From the IMG/VR virus record IMGVR_UViG_3300044712_002668, positions 1 to 64,000 of that record: a stretch of 64,000 nt of DNA, one strand, 5' to 3'. The number at the start of each line of letters is the position of its first letter. The stretch's first letter is position 1. Position numbers and translations under genes: made by a program. The notes below the pieces were generated by a model that did no database searches, was not told the DNA's origin, and saw nothing but the letters and a program-made list of their open reading frames with translations. This document shows positions 17,955 to 26,961 of the stretch, one piece after another.

Positions 17955-19924
17955 TAAACAATTTCTTTAAAAAGAAATTAGATAGCGATAGGTTTTTGCT
18001 TTTACCAGATGATGTGAAGGAAAAACTTATATCTGATTTTAATTTAATGTCTTCTTTGGGTATAGAGAATGAAGACGATCAAAGGAAGTTTTATTACATA
18101 TCATTACATACACCTAGAATAATCAAGGATTTATTTAAAAATCAAATTCCACATCATATGTATGGAAAAATTATTGAAGAGGTTTATAGTAACCGTGAAA
18201 ATAAGCCTGTTAATTCTTTATTGGCTTTAATGGAAGCTATTGATGGAGCCATAAAGAAAATGTTACCGGAACGTATGAAACTTGCTTATCCACAAGGGGA
18301 ACCAATTTTAAACCAAAGACCAACCTATAATCTTGAGAAATGGGTAGGGGCAACTAGAGATATTTACGCATTAATATCGAAGGGCAACAAAGAAAAGGAA
18401 GCCTTTGAAGAAGTAACCAAAAATTGGCAGGAAAGGGAAAAAATGAATTACGAAAAATGGTTGAATTTCTATAGAGAAAGGGTTCCAGAGAAATATACTA
18501 AGATGGCTAATTTATTTGTCACACCTAACGGTATATCTTTTGACGGTATTAATTATGATAGTTTGAAGTCAAAAATTCCAAATCCTATTTCTGTAACGAA
18601 TACTCCTGGTCATCCAAAAGACGTTCATGACACAGATGATAAATCTGATCAAAATGATGTAAGAGAACGTATTGATAGACAACGTACAAAGATTATTGGA
18701 CGTTTGCGCTCTGCTGAAAAATTGCTTGAAAGCAATGATGGTCAGTTATTTGCTGGTGACGATTTAGAGTTGATGTTGCGTTTACTACAAGATTTAAAAC
18801 GTAAAGTACAAACAGCTACTAAAAGGACAGTAAAATCATCATTATTTGACGATTATATAATTCGTACTGCGAATTATTTATCTTCTCTTGGTAAAGAACA
18901 AGCGGCTGACTTTTTTATAAAAGTAGCAGGCCCTCCAGGAATGCCTGAGATTCCTTCTCCATTAACTGGTCCATTGCCAGGTCCTAATGACCCTGTTGGC
19001 GGTAGTAGTGGAGGTGACGGAACAGGAGATAAGAATGATACTGAAGAGTTGTTAAAAGAGTTTTTTGACAATCTTTCCAGAGGTGTTCAGGACCCTGATA
19101 ATGAAGCCAGAGAGCGTAATCGTATTTTTGAAGACAAGAAACGTCCTCCTCATGGTCATGGCAGATATTCTGCTGGAAAACTTGATGTAAGGCCACCACA
19201 TGGTCAGGGTAGATATTCAAAAAAGAAAGCAGATGAAGAGTTTGAATTGGTTGTTGAAGCTCAAGAGGCTATACCAGCACAAGAGGTAGCGCCAGCTAAA
19301 GCACCTATTCCTGCCCCGGAAGCCATTCCAGAACCTGTTTCTGAGGCTCCTGCTGTGGAGGGTGCCATTGAGGATATAGAGCCCTCTGCGCCTAAGGTAG
19401 TAGAAGATAAAACCGATGACGTTATTGATGCTGCATTGAAAAATATCAGTATTGGAGATGTTGTAAAGCGTTTGGAGATGTTGGTTTCCATTTATAATCA
19501 ACGTGAGATTTCACGTCAATTATCAATTCTTGATATTATGATGGATAGGGTTGGTTTAGCATCATTTTTCCCAAGTCTTGGAGAGGCAATGGCTAAGGCA
19601 TTGGAGGCCAATCAATACATCGGTAGTCGTTTGGAAGATGTGTTGACAAAAGTAAAGGGTTCAATGCAAATACCTGGAGCTGATCAATGGACAGAGATTA
19701 AGCAAGATACAGCACCGGAAACAATGGCTATCAGACAAAATCTTGAAAACCAAGAGGCTGAGGAACAAAAGAGAAAAGACCTAAGAAAACAAAAGGAGCT
19801 TAGCAGGCTTGAAGGAAAGGAACCGGCAGCAGCACCTGCTGCACCCCCACCACCATCTATCGAACCACAAGAGTTGGAAAGACCAGCACGCGTTGAAACC
19901 ACACCACCAATTCAAACTAGATAA
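17951..19924 (+). CDS. Putative multi-segment head protein
   Basis: 657 aa; MKLA-Y, TKMA-N, IKVA-G and KKA-D motifs, Pro-rich linkers, RPPHG(H/Q)GRYS duplicate. Confidence 0.75.
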   Translation: MINNFFKKKLDSDRFLLLPDDVKEKLISDFNLMSSLGIENEDDQRKFYYISLHTPRIIKDLFKNQIPHHMYGKIIEEVYSNRENKPVNSLLALMEAIDGAIKKMLPERMKLAYPQGEPILNQRPTYNLEKWVGATRDIYALISKGNKEKEAFEEVTKNWQEREKMNYEKWLNFYRERVPEKYTKMANLFVTPNGISFDGINYDSLKSKIPNPISVTNTPGHPKDVHDTDDKSDQNDVRERIDRQRTKIIGRLRSAEKLLESNDGQLFAGDDLELMLRLLQDLKRKVQTATKRTVKSSLFDDYIIRTANYLSSLGKEQAADFFIKVAGPPGMPEIPSPLTGPLPGPNDPVGGSSGGDGTGDKNDTEELLKEFFDNLSRGVQDPDNEARERNRIFEDKKRPPHGHGRYSAGKLDVRPPHGQGRYSKKKADEEFELVVEAQEAIPAQEVAPAKAPIPAPEAIPEPVSEAPAVEGAIEDIEPSAPKVVEDKTDDVIDAALKNISIGDVVKRLEMLVSIYNQREISRQLSILDIMMDRVGLASFFPSLGEAMAKALEANQYIGSRLEDVLTKVKGSMQIPGADQWTEIKQDTAPETMAIRQNLENQEAEEQKRKDLRKQKELSRLEGKEPAAAPAAPPPPSIEPQELERPARVETTPPIQTR

Positions 19925-19926
19925 TT

Positions 19927-20664
19927 ATGAAAATACGTGATGTATTACTCAATGTCAAGATACTGGCAAATGAAAACAATTTGTCAGAGCCTTTTATTGT
20001 TGGTGGTTTGCCACGTGATAAAGTCTTGAAAAGATCAAGAATGGTTGATGATGTTGATATTACTACTGGAGATGATACCATACAACAGCTTGCAATATTA
20101 ACATCTCAAAAATATAAAGCTTATCCAGTAAATTTCCCAGATGGTCATTATCAAGTTGCGATTGGACAAGTGCGCTTTGATTTTTCTTCAAATTACAGAT
20201 CTCCTGATGTTGAATATTTTCTTGAAAGAGCAGGGGTAAAAAATCCTACTCCAATGCAGCTTGAATTATTCAGTCGTGATTTTACATGCAATACACTTAC
20301 TATTGCTATGAATTTGCGAGTGATTGAGGATCAAACAGGCTTGGGATTGAATGATATAAATAAAAAAATTCTAAGGACACCATTGCCTCCAAGAATTACT
20401 CTTAGAGATGATCCTAGAAGGGTTATACGAGCTATCTATCTTGCTGCAAAGCTTGGGTTTACAATAGAGGAAGACATAATAGAATGGGCTAAAAGTAATC
20501 CTGATAGAATAAAGGAAAAAGTAAAACCTGGATTTTCAAGAAATAAGTTATTATCAGCTTTCAGATATAATTCAAAAAATACTTTAAATTATATAACAAG
20601 TATGAATTTGTGGGATGTGGTGATTATACCAAAAGATTTACTTCCTTATAGGGTGTCAAGATGA
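19927..20664 (+). CDS. Class II tRNA nucleotidyltransferase / poly(A) polymerase family protein
   Basis: FIVGGLPRD, DVD catalytic pair, SRDFTCN, DDPRRVIRAIYLAAKLGF; 245 aa, shorter than typical full-length CCA enzymes. Confidence 0.88.
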   Translation: MKIRDVLLNVKILANENNLSEPFIVGGLPRDKVLKRSRMVDDVDITTGDDTIQQLAILTSQKYKAYPVNFPDGHYQVAIGQVRFDFSSNYRSPDVEYFLERAGVKNPTPMQLELFSRDFTCNTLTIAMNLRVIEDQTGLGLNDINKKILRTPLPPRITLRDDPRRVIRAIYLAAKLGFTIEEDIIEWAKSNPDRIKEKVKPGFSRNKLLSAFRYNSKNTLNYITSMNLWDVVIIPKDLLPYRVSR

Positions 20665-20921
20665 CAAAGAAAAAAGATTCAAGAATCAATATGGATACAA
20701 GACCTACATCCGTATTTATCGGAAGAACAAATTATGATTATACCTCAGATGGTCCTGATGAGACTAGCCCTGGAGGTGGTTTATATCATGGTCCAATGGA
20801 TAAATATAAAAGTGTAATGGATTTCAGAAAGAAAAGAAAAAATCAAAATGAAAGAGTTAAAAGGAGATTGAAAAGAAAACAAGCGTGGGATATATTGATT
20901 AATATGATAAAGGCATCATAA
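20661..20921 (+). CDS. Hypothetical basic protein
   Basis: 86 aa, ATGA-coupled. Confidence 0.65.
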   Translation: MTKKKDSRINMDTRPTSVFIGRTNYDYTSDGPDETSPGGGLYHGPMDKYKSVMDFRKKRKNQNERVKRRLKRKQAWDILINMIKAS

Positions 20922-21424
20922 TGACAAAAAGACACTTGAAATTGGCAGCAATAAGAAAAAATGATGATAATCCATGTCCGTATGGATTACCAATTCCATT
21001 TGGCTGTCAATATTCTGGTGGTGTAATTGATCGTATGGCTACTTTTGATATGATGGGCAAAGAAGTCACAGATGAGGAAAAACAAGAAATTGCAGATGCA
21101 AACGTAAAACTACTTGCGTGGAGTATTACAAACGAAGAGCATGAAATAAAAAAATGCCCTTATGCAGCTAAGATTTTTGAAGAGAAGAATTCATCAGAGT
21201 GTAATTATGATGATACAGCTCCTGGTGAGGGTCAGAAATCAACTTTGATGGCTGCTCCCTTTTATTCTCAGATTTTCAGTGGTATTGCATTGAATGGTTT
21301 ATATTCTTATCCCATTGGATATTATGCAGATTATAATATAAGTAGAAACTTGTTTTACGGTATTTTCTCATTACAAGGTGGAATAGTCTTACACGATACA
21401 GTTATTAAGGTTGGTAGAAAGTAA
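20921..21424 (+). CDS. Hypothetical Cys-containing protein
   Basis: CPYGLPIPFGC, KCPYA, ECNY; TAATG-coupled. Confidence 0.7.
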   Translation: MTKRHLKLAAIRKNDDNPCPYGLPIPFGCQYSGGVIDRMATFDMMGKEVTDEEKQEIADANVKLLAWSITNEEHEIKKCPYAAKIFEEKNSSECNYDDTAPGEGQKSTLMAAPFYSQIFSGIALNGLYSYPIGYYADYNISRNLFYGIFSLQGGIVLHDTVIKVGRK

Positions 21425-21469
21425 TTGTTACGCATAAACATGCAGATATGTATATTTTGGGGTTAACTT

Positions 21470-22339
21470 ATGACCAAGACAGCACAACACATACATGAAT
21501 TTCAACTTCCAGAGTTTCTGGAAGTTCATCTTGATGAACCCATGGTTTTTGATACTGAGGAAAATGGAGAGCCAGAGTTTTCTCTTAGTATACATGACGT
21601 TCCTGGGGCTCCCGATGCCACAGAAATTGAAGAGCCAGTAGAAGATCCTGAAGACAGTGATGTTGAAATTGAGGAAGAAGGAGAGCCTGGCGAAGGCAAT
21701 ATCTGGGATTGGGGTGCAGCCGGTGGCCATAAAGGATTCTTGGCTTGGCTCAAAAAAATGATTGAAAACATTCCGCGTCATAGTGGTCATGATACTACTG
21801 GATTGGAAAAGGCTATTGCTTATTTTGAAAGTATTGACCGTGAGATCAGTAAAGCAATGCGTACCGATTTCAAGGATGAAATCAACTCTGCACACGCTGA
21901 AAAAGCCCGTGAAGAAATTGAGAATGGTTTGGAGCGCTTGGTAGAACGTCTTGAGAAGGTCAGGACAACAAAATATAAGAGACACCAGAAGAAAACCAAG
22001 AAAAAGGCTTGGTATGATGTTGGTACTGAAGATGGGTTTATAAAAGAGGCTCAGAAGGCTACCAAGATAACTGGTATTACAATTACAGTACCTTTAATTA
22101 TTTCTCTTGCTGCTAGAGTTGTTATCAATGGAGTTGTTTCTGCTGGTCATGATTTAGAAGAGCTTTTTGATGGTCAAGTAAAAGAGTGGAATTTTGATAA
22201 GCGTGAAAAAGCCGAGTTGGCACAGTTATTAGCTGATATGGGTTATGCAATGCGTAGAGATCGTGGATTTGAAGTTGGCAAGGAAGTTGACCAGACACGT
22301 TCTGATAACAGAGACTGGGCTGCTTCTTATTATGGATAA
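21470..22339 (+). CDS. Putative head protein with acidic N-terminal region
   Basis: 289 aa; starts MTKTA-Q; internal KKKA-W and IKEA-Q; biased codon use. Confidence 0.75.
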   Translation: MTKTAQHIHEFQLPEFLEVHLDEPMVFDTEENGEPEFSLSIHDVPGAPDATEIEEPVEDPEDSDVEIEEEGEPGEGNIWDWGAAGGHKGFLAWLKKMIENIPRHSGHDTTGLEKAIAYFESIDREISKAMRTDFKDEINSAHAEKAREEIENGLERLVERLEKVRTTKYKRHQKKTKKKAWYDVGTEDGFIKEAQKATKITGITITVPLIISLAARVVINGVVSAGHDLEELFDGQVKEWNFDKREKAELAQLLADMGYAMRRDRGFEVGKEVDQTRSDNRDWAASYYG

Positions 22340-22350
22340 CAGGTGAAAAC

Positions 22351-22683
22351 ATGAGAGATATGTCTAAATTTTATCGTACAGATGAGGTATCAAGAACAAC
22401 AACTGGTTGTCCATTGTGGCTTGAGCGTTTTGCTGAACAAATGGCAGTACAAGATGCCAAGACTGCTGTAGAAGTTGCCAGAGATCGTTCTCGTACTCCT
22501 TCTGTATTTGAACAAATGAGTTCTATTGTCAGTGGAGCCGCTCCAAGAGCAGGATCAGTAGAAGATGTTGTAAAGGAATATCAAAAACGTACCGGTCTTG
22601 ATTCTTACATTAAATCTTCAAGCTTACAAAGCGCTGCCCAGTCAATTATTGCAAACGCTGAGGCTGAAGAAAAAAAAGTATAA
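22351..22683 (+). CDS. Hypothetical protein; 0-frame product of frameshift cassette
   Basis: AGGTG RBS; ends GAA AAA AAA GTA TAA. Confidence 0.75.
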   Translation: MRDMSKFYRTDEVSRTTTGCPLWLERFAEQMAVQDAKTAVEVARDRSRTPSVFEQMSSIVSGAAPRAGSVEDVVKEYQKRTGLDSYIKSSSLQSAAQSIIANAEAEEKKV

Positions 22684-22716
22684 TGACCAATAACGAGAAA
22701 CCTACGTTATTGGTCA
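22671..22716 (+). other. Programmed -1 ribosomal frameshift signal
   Basis: Heptamer A AAA AAA (22671-22677), 6-nt spacer GTATAA, perfect 12-bp hairpin TGACCAATAACG/CGTTATTGGTCA; -1 frame open into the next ORF. Confidence 0.75.
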
Positions 22717-23018
22717 ACCATCCTGAAATAGAGAGTTTTATAAATAATTTGATTGATACTAATCATGGTATTCAAATACCAGCTATATTACATTCTATTC
22801 GTGAAATGTTTTCGCGAGATGGTGTAACTCAACAATATCTTGATGATGTTGAATTAAAAACATATATAAGTAATATTTTGATGCAAAAAAATCCAATTGA
22901 TATTGGAGTTTCCAACAATATCGGACGTGGAGTTGGAACAGTAATCGAGAATACACACGGACAAGATCAGAACAAAGAATGGTCTACTAATCTTCAGCCT
23001 GTAAAATCTGCTACTTAA
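22683..23018 (+). CDS. Hypothetical protein; -1 frame extension of 22351 ORF
   Basis: 111 aa; no clear SD; start codon lies at the base of the hairpin. Confidence 0.7.
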   Translation: MTNNEKPTLLVNHPEIESFINNLIDTNHGIQIPAILHSIREMFSRDGVTQQYLDDVELKTYISNILMQKNPIDIGVSNNIGRGVGTVIENTHGQDQNKEWSTNLQPVKSAT

Positions 23019-23076
23019 TCTACTCATTCATCTGTATATTATATGATATATGCATATTTAAACAGATGGAGATTTA

Positions 23077-24957
23077 GTGGCAAGTAGACATCAAGTTGTA
23101 GATGGGTTTTCACATTTATTTAATAGTTTCAAGGATAGTGTTCTAAATACAGATCCTGTTTATTTTGTTGAAAATAATTTAAATGTAGATGGAAATCCTT
23201 TAAAATTAAGAGGTAATGGTTATAAACCATTCGTTGATATTTATAGATACATAGCCCTTACAGCTCTTGAGCCAACCTCAAAGCCAATTGTGCTTGTTAA
23301 GGGCAGACAAGTAGGGGCTACAACTATGGCTGCAGCGTTAGAGTCATACTTTGTAGCCTGTGGTTTATTTGGAACAAATGGTCGCCCACCAATGCGTATC
23401 ATGCATTTGTTTCCAACATTATCATTAGCAGCCGCTTATACTAAAGATAAACTTGATCCTATAATAACAGCATCCAGACCAATGCCTGGAGAAATGAAAT
23501 CTAATGGGTTATTGAAATCATTTTTGGAAACCAAGCTTGATTCTTCAAACAGTTCTTATAACAATACTCACTTTAAAAAGTTTGTAAACAATAACCAGGT
23601 TTGGATTGAGTCGACTGGTTTAGATGGCGATAGGGTGCGCGGTCGCACCTGTGATCTTGCTATGTTCGACGAAGTTCAAGATATTTCAGATTTAGCTATG
23701 GGTGCTGTATCAAAAATACTTACCCAAGCAAAGTATGGTCCACCTGAAGGTGTTCAAGTATATTTTGGAACACCAAAGCAAAAAGGAGGATCATATTGGA
23801 AAATGTGGCAACATTCTACTCAGAATTATTATCACCTTCGCTGTGAGAAATGTGGTGAGTATTTCCCGTTGTACAGACCAGATGTTAACTGGGAGGATGT
23901 GTGGGTTTATTTTAAAACCGTAAAGTGTCCTACATGTGGTTGTGAACAAGATAAAATTGAAGCCGCAGAACGTGGAAAGTGGATTCCAATGAATGATGAA
24001 AATGATCCCGATATCACATTCGTTGGTTTTCATATAAATCAATTATATATTCCAAAGTTTTCAAGAGAAGATATTGAGAAGACAAAGCCTGAGAAAAGCC
24101 CAGTAAATACTGAGCGTATTTATATGAATGAGGTTATTGGAGAGTTTTATGATGGAGAGGGAGGCACTCTTTCAATAGAACAAATTCACGAGAAATGCGC
24201 TGATAAGGATAGGGCTTTTGCAACTCAAATATCTCCAGCAGAAGGTAAACGTGTTTATGTAGGGTTTGACTGGGGACAAAGAGGTGAGCTGGATGCTCGT
24301 GCAGGACGTCGTGTAGGACGTTCTTATAGCTGTGCTGTGGTTCTTACAGCAGATGGCCCAAACCTTTTCAATATTGAATTTGCTACTCGCTTGATGCGTA
24401 ATGATGATGAAACAAAAATTGAAATTGTAGAAGAGATGTTTAGACGCTACAGTATTTCATTAGCTGTAGGCGATATCGGTGATGCTTTCGGTTTGACTCA
24501 AAAATTACAAAGAATGTATGATGATAAATTCTTGGCCAGCCGTTCTTCTCATAAAGTAAATGGTCATATAAAATATTCTTCTGATGAATTTCCAAAAATA
24601 ATTGTATTTGAAAAAGATTTTTATATAGGAGAAATAATAGGATTATTAAAAAATGGAAATGTAAAATTTCCTTATAAAAGCTTTAATAGAATTGATTGGT
24701 TGGTAAATCATTGTGCAAGCATGGACATAAAAGTTACTAAAGATAAGTCTGGAGAGTCAATAAAGCATTATGTTAAAGGTAGCAGTCCAAACGATGGTTT
24801 GATGGCATTGCTGAATGCTTATTTGGCTTGGAAGTTTGATGTAACCCAAGGTTTCAAGATTCACAATCCAATGCATATGAAATATGATGTAGCAACGACA
24901 GGAAAAGAGGTACAAGCTGTACTTGGTTATTTGCCACGTTTCTCTAATAAAATTTGA
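23077..24957 (+). CDS. terL: Terminase large subunit
   Basis: Walker A region VKGRQVGATT, Walker B RGRTCDLAMFDEVQD, coupling motif FGTP, lambda-gpA-like zinc finger CEKC...CPTC, nuclease YVGFDWG. Confidence 0.9.
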   Translation: MASRHQVVDGFSHLFNSFKDSVLNTDPVYFVENNLNVDGNPLKLRGNGYKPFVDIYRYIALTALEPTSKPIVLVKGRQVGATTMAAALESYFVACGLFGTNGRPPMRIMHLFPTLSLAAAYTKDKLDPIITASRPMPGEMKSNGLLKSFLETKLDSSNSSYNNTHFKKFVNNNQVWIESTGLDGDRVRGRTCDLAMFDEVQDISDLAMGAVSKILTQAKYGPPEGVQVYFGTPKQKGGSYWKMWQHSTQNYYHLRCEKCGEYFPLYRPDVNWEDVWVYFKTVKCPTCGCEQDKIEAAERGKWIPMNDENDPDITFVGFHINQLYIPKFSREDIEKTKPEKSPVNTERIYMNEVIGEFYDGEGGTLSIEQIHEKCADKDRAFATQISPAEGKRVYVGFDWGQRGELDARAGRRVGRSYSCAVVLTADGPNLFNIEFATRLMRNDDETKIEIVEEMFRRYSISLAVGDIGDAFGLTQKLQRMYDDKFLASRSSHKVNGHIKYSSDEFPKIIVFEKDFYIGEIIGLLKNGNVKFPYKSFNRIDWLVNHCASMDIKVTKDKSGESIKHYVKGSSPNDGLMALLNAYLAWKFDVTQGFKIHNPMHMKYDVATTGKEVQAVLGYLPRFSNKI

Positions 24958-24971
24958 TATATAGGTATTTG

Positions 24972-26903
24972 ATGGTAAACTTCATTAATAATAACAAAAC
25001 TAGAGCTGAAGAGCTGATTGAAAAAAATGGTCATATCGTGACTAGATCTGATACTTTTTCTAAAACAGCAACAGCTAATGTACTTCCTGAAATTTCCAGT
25101 AGAGCTGCAAAAGGAGTAAGTGAACAGCGGCGTGAGATGATGGAGCTGCAATTTGAAGCAGGGGAGTTCAGAGAAAAGGGGACTTCAAATTACAACCCAG
25201 GAAGGAGAGGTTCATCAAACAATGAAGAAAATATGATGAGACAAACCCAAGCTGGATTTGTTTCAAAGGCTTCAAAACCATTATATAAACAAGCTGATGG
25301 AACGTCCCCTATGTCTGGAGCCAGTAGTGCTACCAGTAGTGGTTGGAGAGGTTCCAATGATAGCGGCAGGCAAATTCCAGAAGTTTACTCGCCACTTTGG
25401 TTGAATTCAAACCTCAACCTTCCAAGAGATAGAGCTACCATCAATGCTTGGAGCAGATCGTTTTTTGCTTTGAACCCAATCGTTCACAACGCGATTACTT
25501 TACATTCAACATATCCAATTGCAAAATTAAATATCAAATGTAAAAACTCAAAGGTTGAGAAGTTTTTCAATCAAATGATGGATGAGATTGATTTGATGAA
25601 TATGTGTGTACAAATCGCTCAAGAATATTGGACTCTTGGAGAAGCATTTGTATATGGTGAATTGGATGAGGGCAAAGGGCGTTGGAGCCGTTTGATGATT
25701 TTGAATCCCGATTATGTAAACGTACAGCGTTCTGTAATTGCTGCAGAACCTATTATCAGTTTACGTCCTGATGAGAATTTGAAGCGTGTTGTTTTTGGTA
25801 ATAAGCCACCGGATATTCAACAGAGAAAACAGCTTGAACCATCCATTATAGAACACGTTAGAAGAAATGAAAATATACCATTGAATAATTTTTACGTTTC
25901 TCATATTGCCAGGAGAATAAGCCCTTATGAAATAAGAGGCACTGGTCTTATTGTTAGTTGTTTTAGAGCCTTGATGCTTATGGATAAATTCCGTGAGTGT
26001 AAGTATGTACAAGCGGATAACATGGTTAATCCGCTCACATTGGTAAAGATTGGAAATCAGGATTTCAGACCAACACCAGTAGATCTGGAGCATTGGAGAA
26101 ATGTATTTGAAGAAGCTCAATTTGATAAGGATTTCAAAATCTTTACACATGATGCAATTGCGGTTGAGCGTGTAGGCTATGGACAGGGTATTTATGATAC
26201 TAACAATGATGTAGATAAGCTTATAAAAGAAATCTATGTAGGTTTGATGGTACCATCTGTAATCATGGATGGTAGTGATACTACATATGCAACTGGTAGC
26301 GTGGCTTTGGATGTACTTAGACAGCGTTACATGCAATTCCGAAACTATATGTCATCTTGGTTGAGAACCAGGATTTTTGCACCAATTGCTCAAATTAATG
26401 ATTTTTATGAGCGCGTTGATGGTGAAAAAGTACTGATAGTACCAGATGTAGATTGGAATCATATGTCATTATTTGACATGGATTCTTATATAAACAACCT
26501 TGTAAACCTATCTACAGGTGAAGGTCCAGCCAAGCGTGTTTCTGTACAAACATTATATCGCAGTTTGGGTCTTGAATTTGAGGATGAGCGCAGGAAAATA
26601 CGATATGAAGATATAAATGATGCTATTCGTGCTAGGGAGATCGCTGCAATGTCTCGTTATTCTTTGCATGAATTGAAGTCATTGACAATCAATGATGAAA
26701 TTGAAGAGGCAGGTGATGAGCCAGTACCTGGTCAAAGTCCATATGTTTCTGGCGCAGGAGCCCCACCACCAGGAGGTGGAATGGGAGGCATGCCACCGGG
26801 AATGGGTGCGCCACCAGGAATGGGTCCAACTCCAGGAGCACCACCACCAGGACCAATTGGTGGGGGAGGCCCACCAGCTGGAGGCCCTCCACCATCACCT
26901 TGA
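24972..26903 (+). CDS. Portal protein with N-terminal extension and Pro/Gly-rich tail
   Basis: Follows terL; NPIVHNAI, YWTLGEAF, LNPDYV, PYEIRGTGLIVSCFRALM portal-like blocks. Confidence 0.75.
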   Translation: MVNFINNNKTRAEELIEKNGHIVTRSDTFSKTATANVLPEISSRAAKGVSEQRREMMELQFEAGEFREKGTSNYNPGRRGSSNNEENMMRQTQAGFVSKASKPLYKQADGTSPMSGASSATSSGWRGSNDSGRQIPEVYSPLWLNSNLNLPRDRATINAWSRSFFALNPIVHNAITLHSTYPIAKLNIKCKNSKVEKFFNQMMDEIDLMNMCVQIAQEYWTLGEAFVYGELDEGKGRWSRLMILNPDYVNVQRSVIAAEPIISLRPDENLKRVVFGNKPPDIQQRKQLEPSIIEHVRRNENIPLNNFYVSHIARRISPYEIRGTGLIVSCFRALMLMDKFRECKYVQADNMVNPLTLVKIGNQDFRPTPVDLEHWRNVFEEAQFDKDFKIFTHDAIAVERVGYGQGIYDTNNDVDKLIKEIYVGLMVPSVIMDGSDTTYATGSVALDVLRQRYMQFRNYMSSWLRTRIFAPIAQINDFYERVDGEKVLIVPDVDWNHMSLFDMDSYINNLVNLSTGEGPAKRVSVQTLYRSLGLEFEDERRKIRYEDINDAIRAREIAAMSRYSLHELKSLTINDEIEEAGDEPVPGQSPYVSGAGAPPPGGGMGGMPPGMGAPPGMGPTPGAPPPGPIGGGGPPAGGPPPSP

Positions 26904-26961
26904 TAATGGGCTATAATTAACACGCATATTTTGGCTTCTTATAAGAAGCATTTGGAGAGCT

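Noticed and set aside
23077-24957. Intein or intron in terL, recA or primase
   Set aside because: Motifs are contiguous at normal spacing and no splicing-junction or homing endonuclease motifs were seen.
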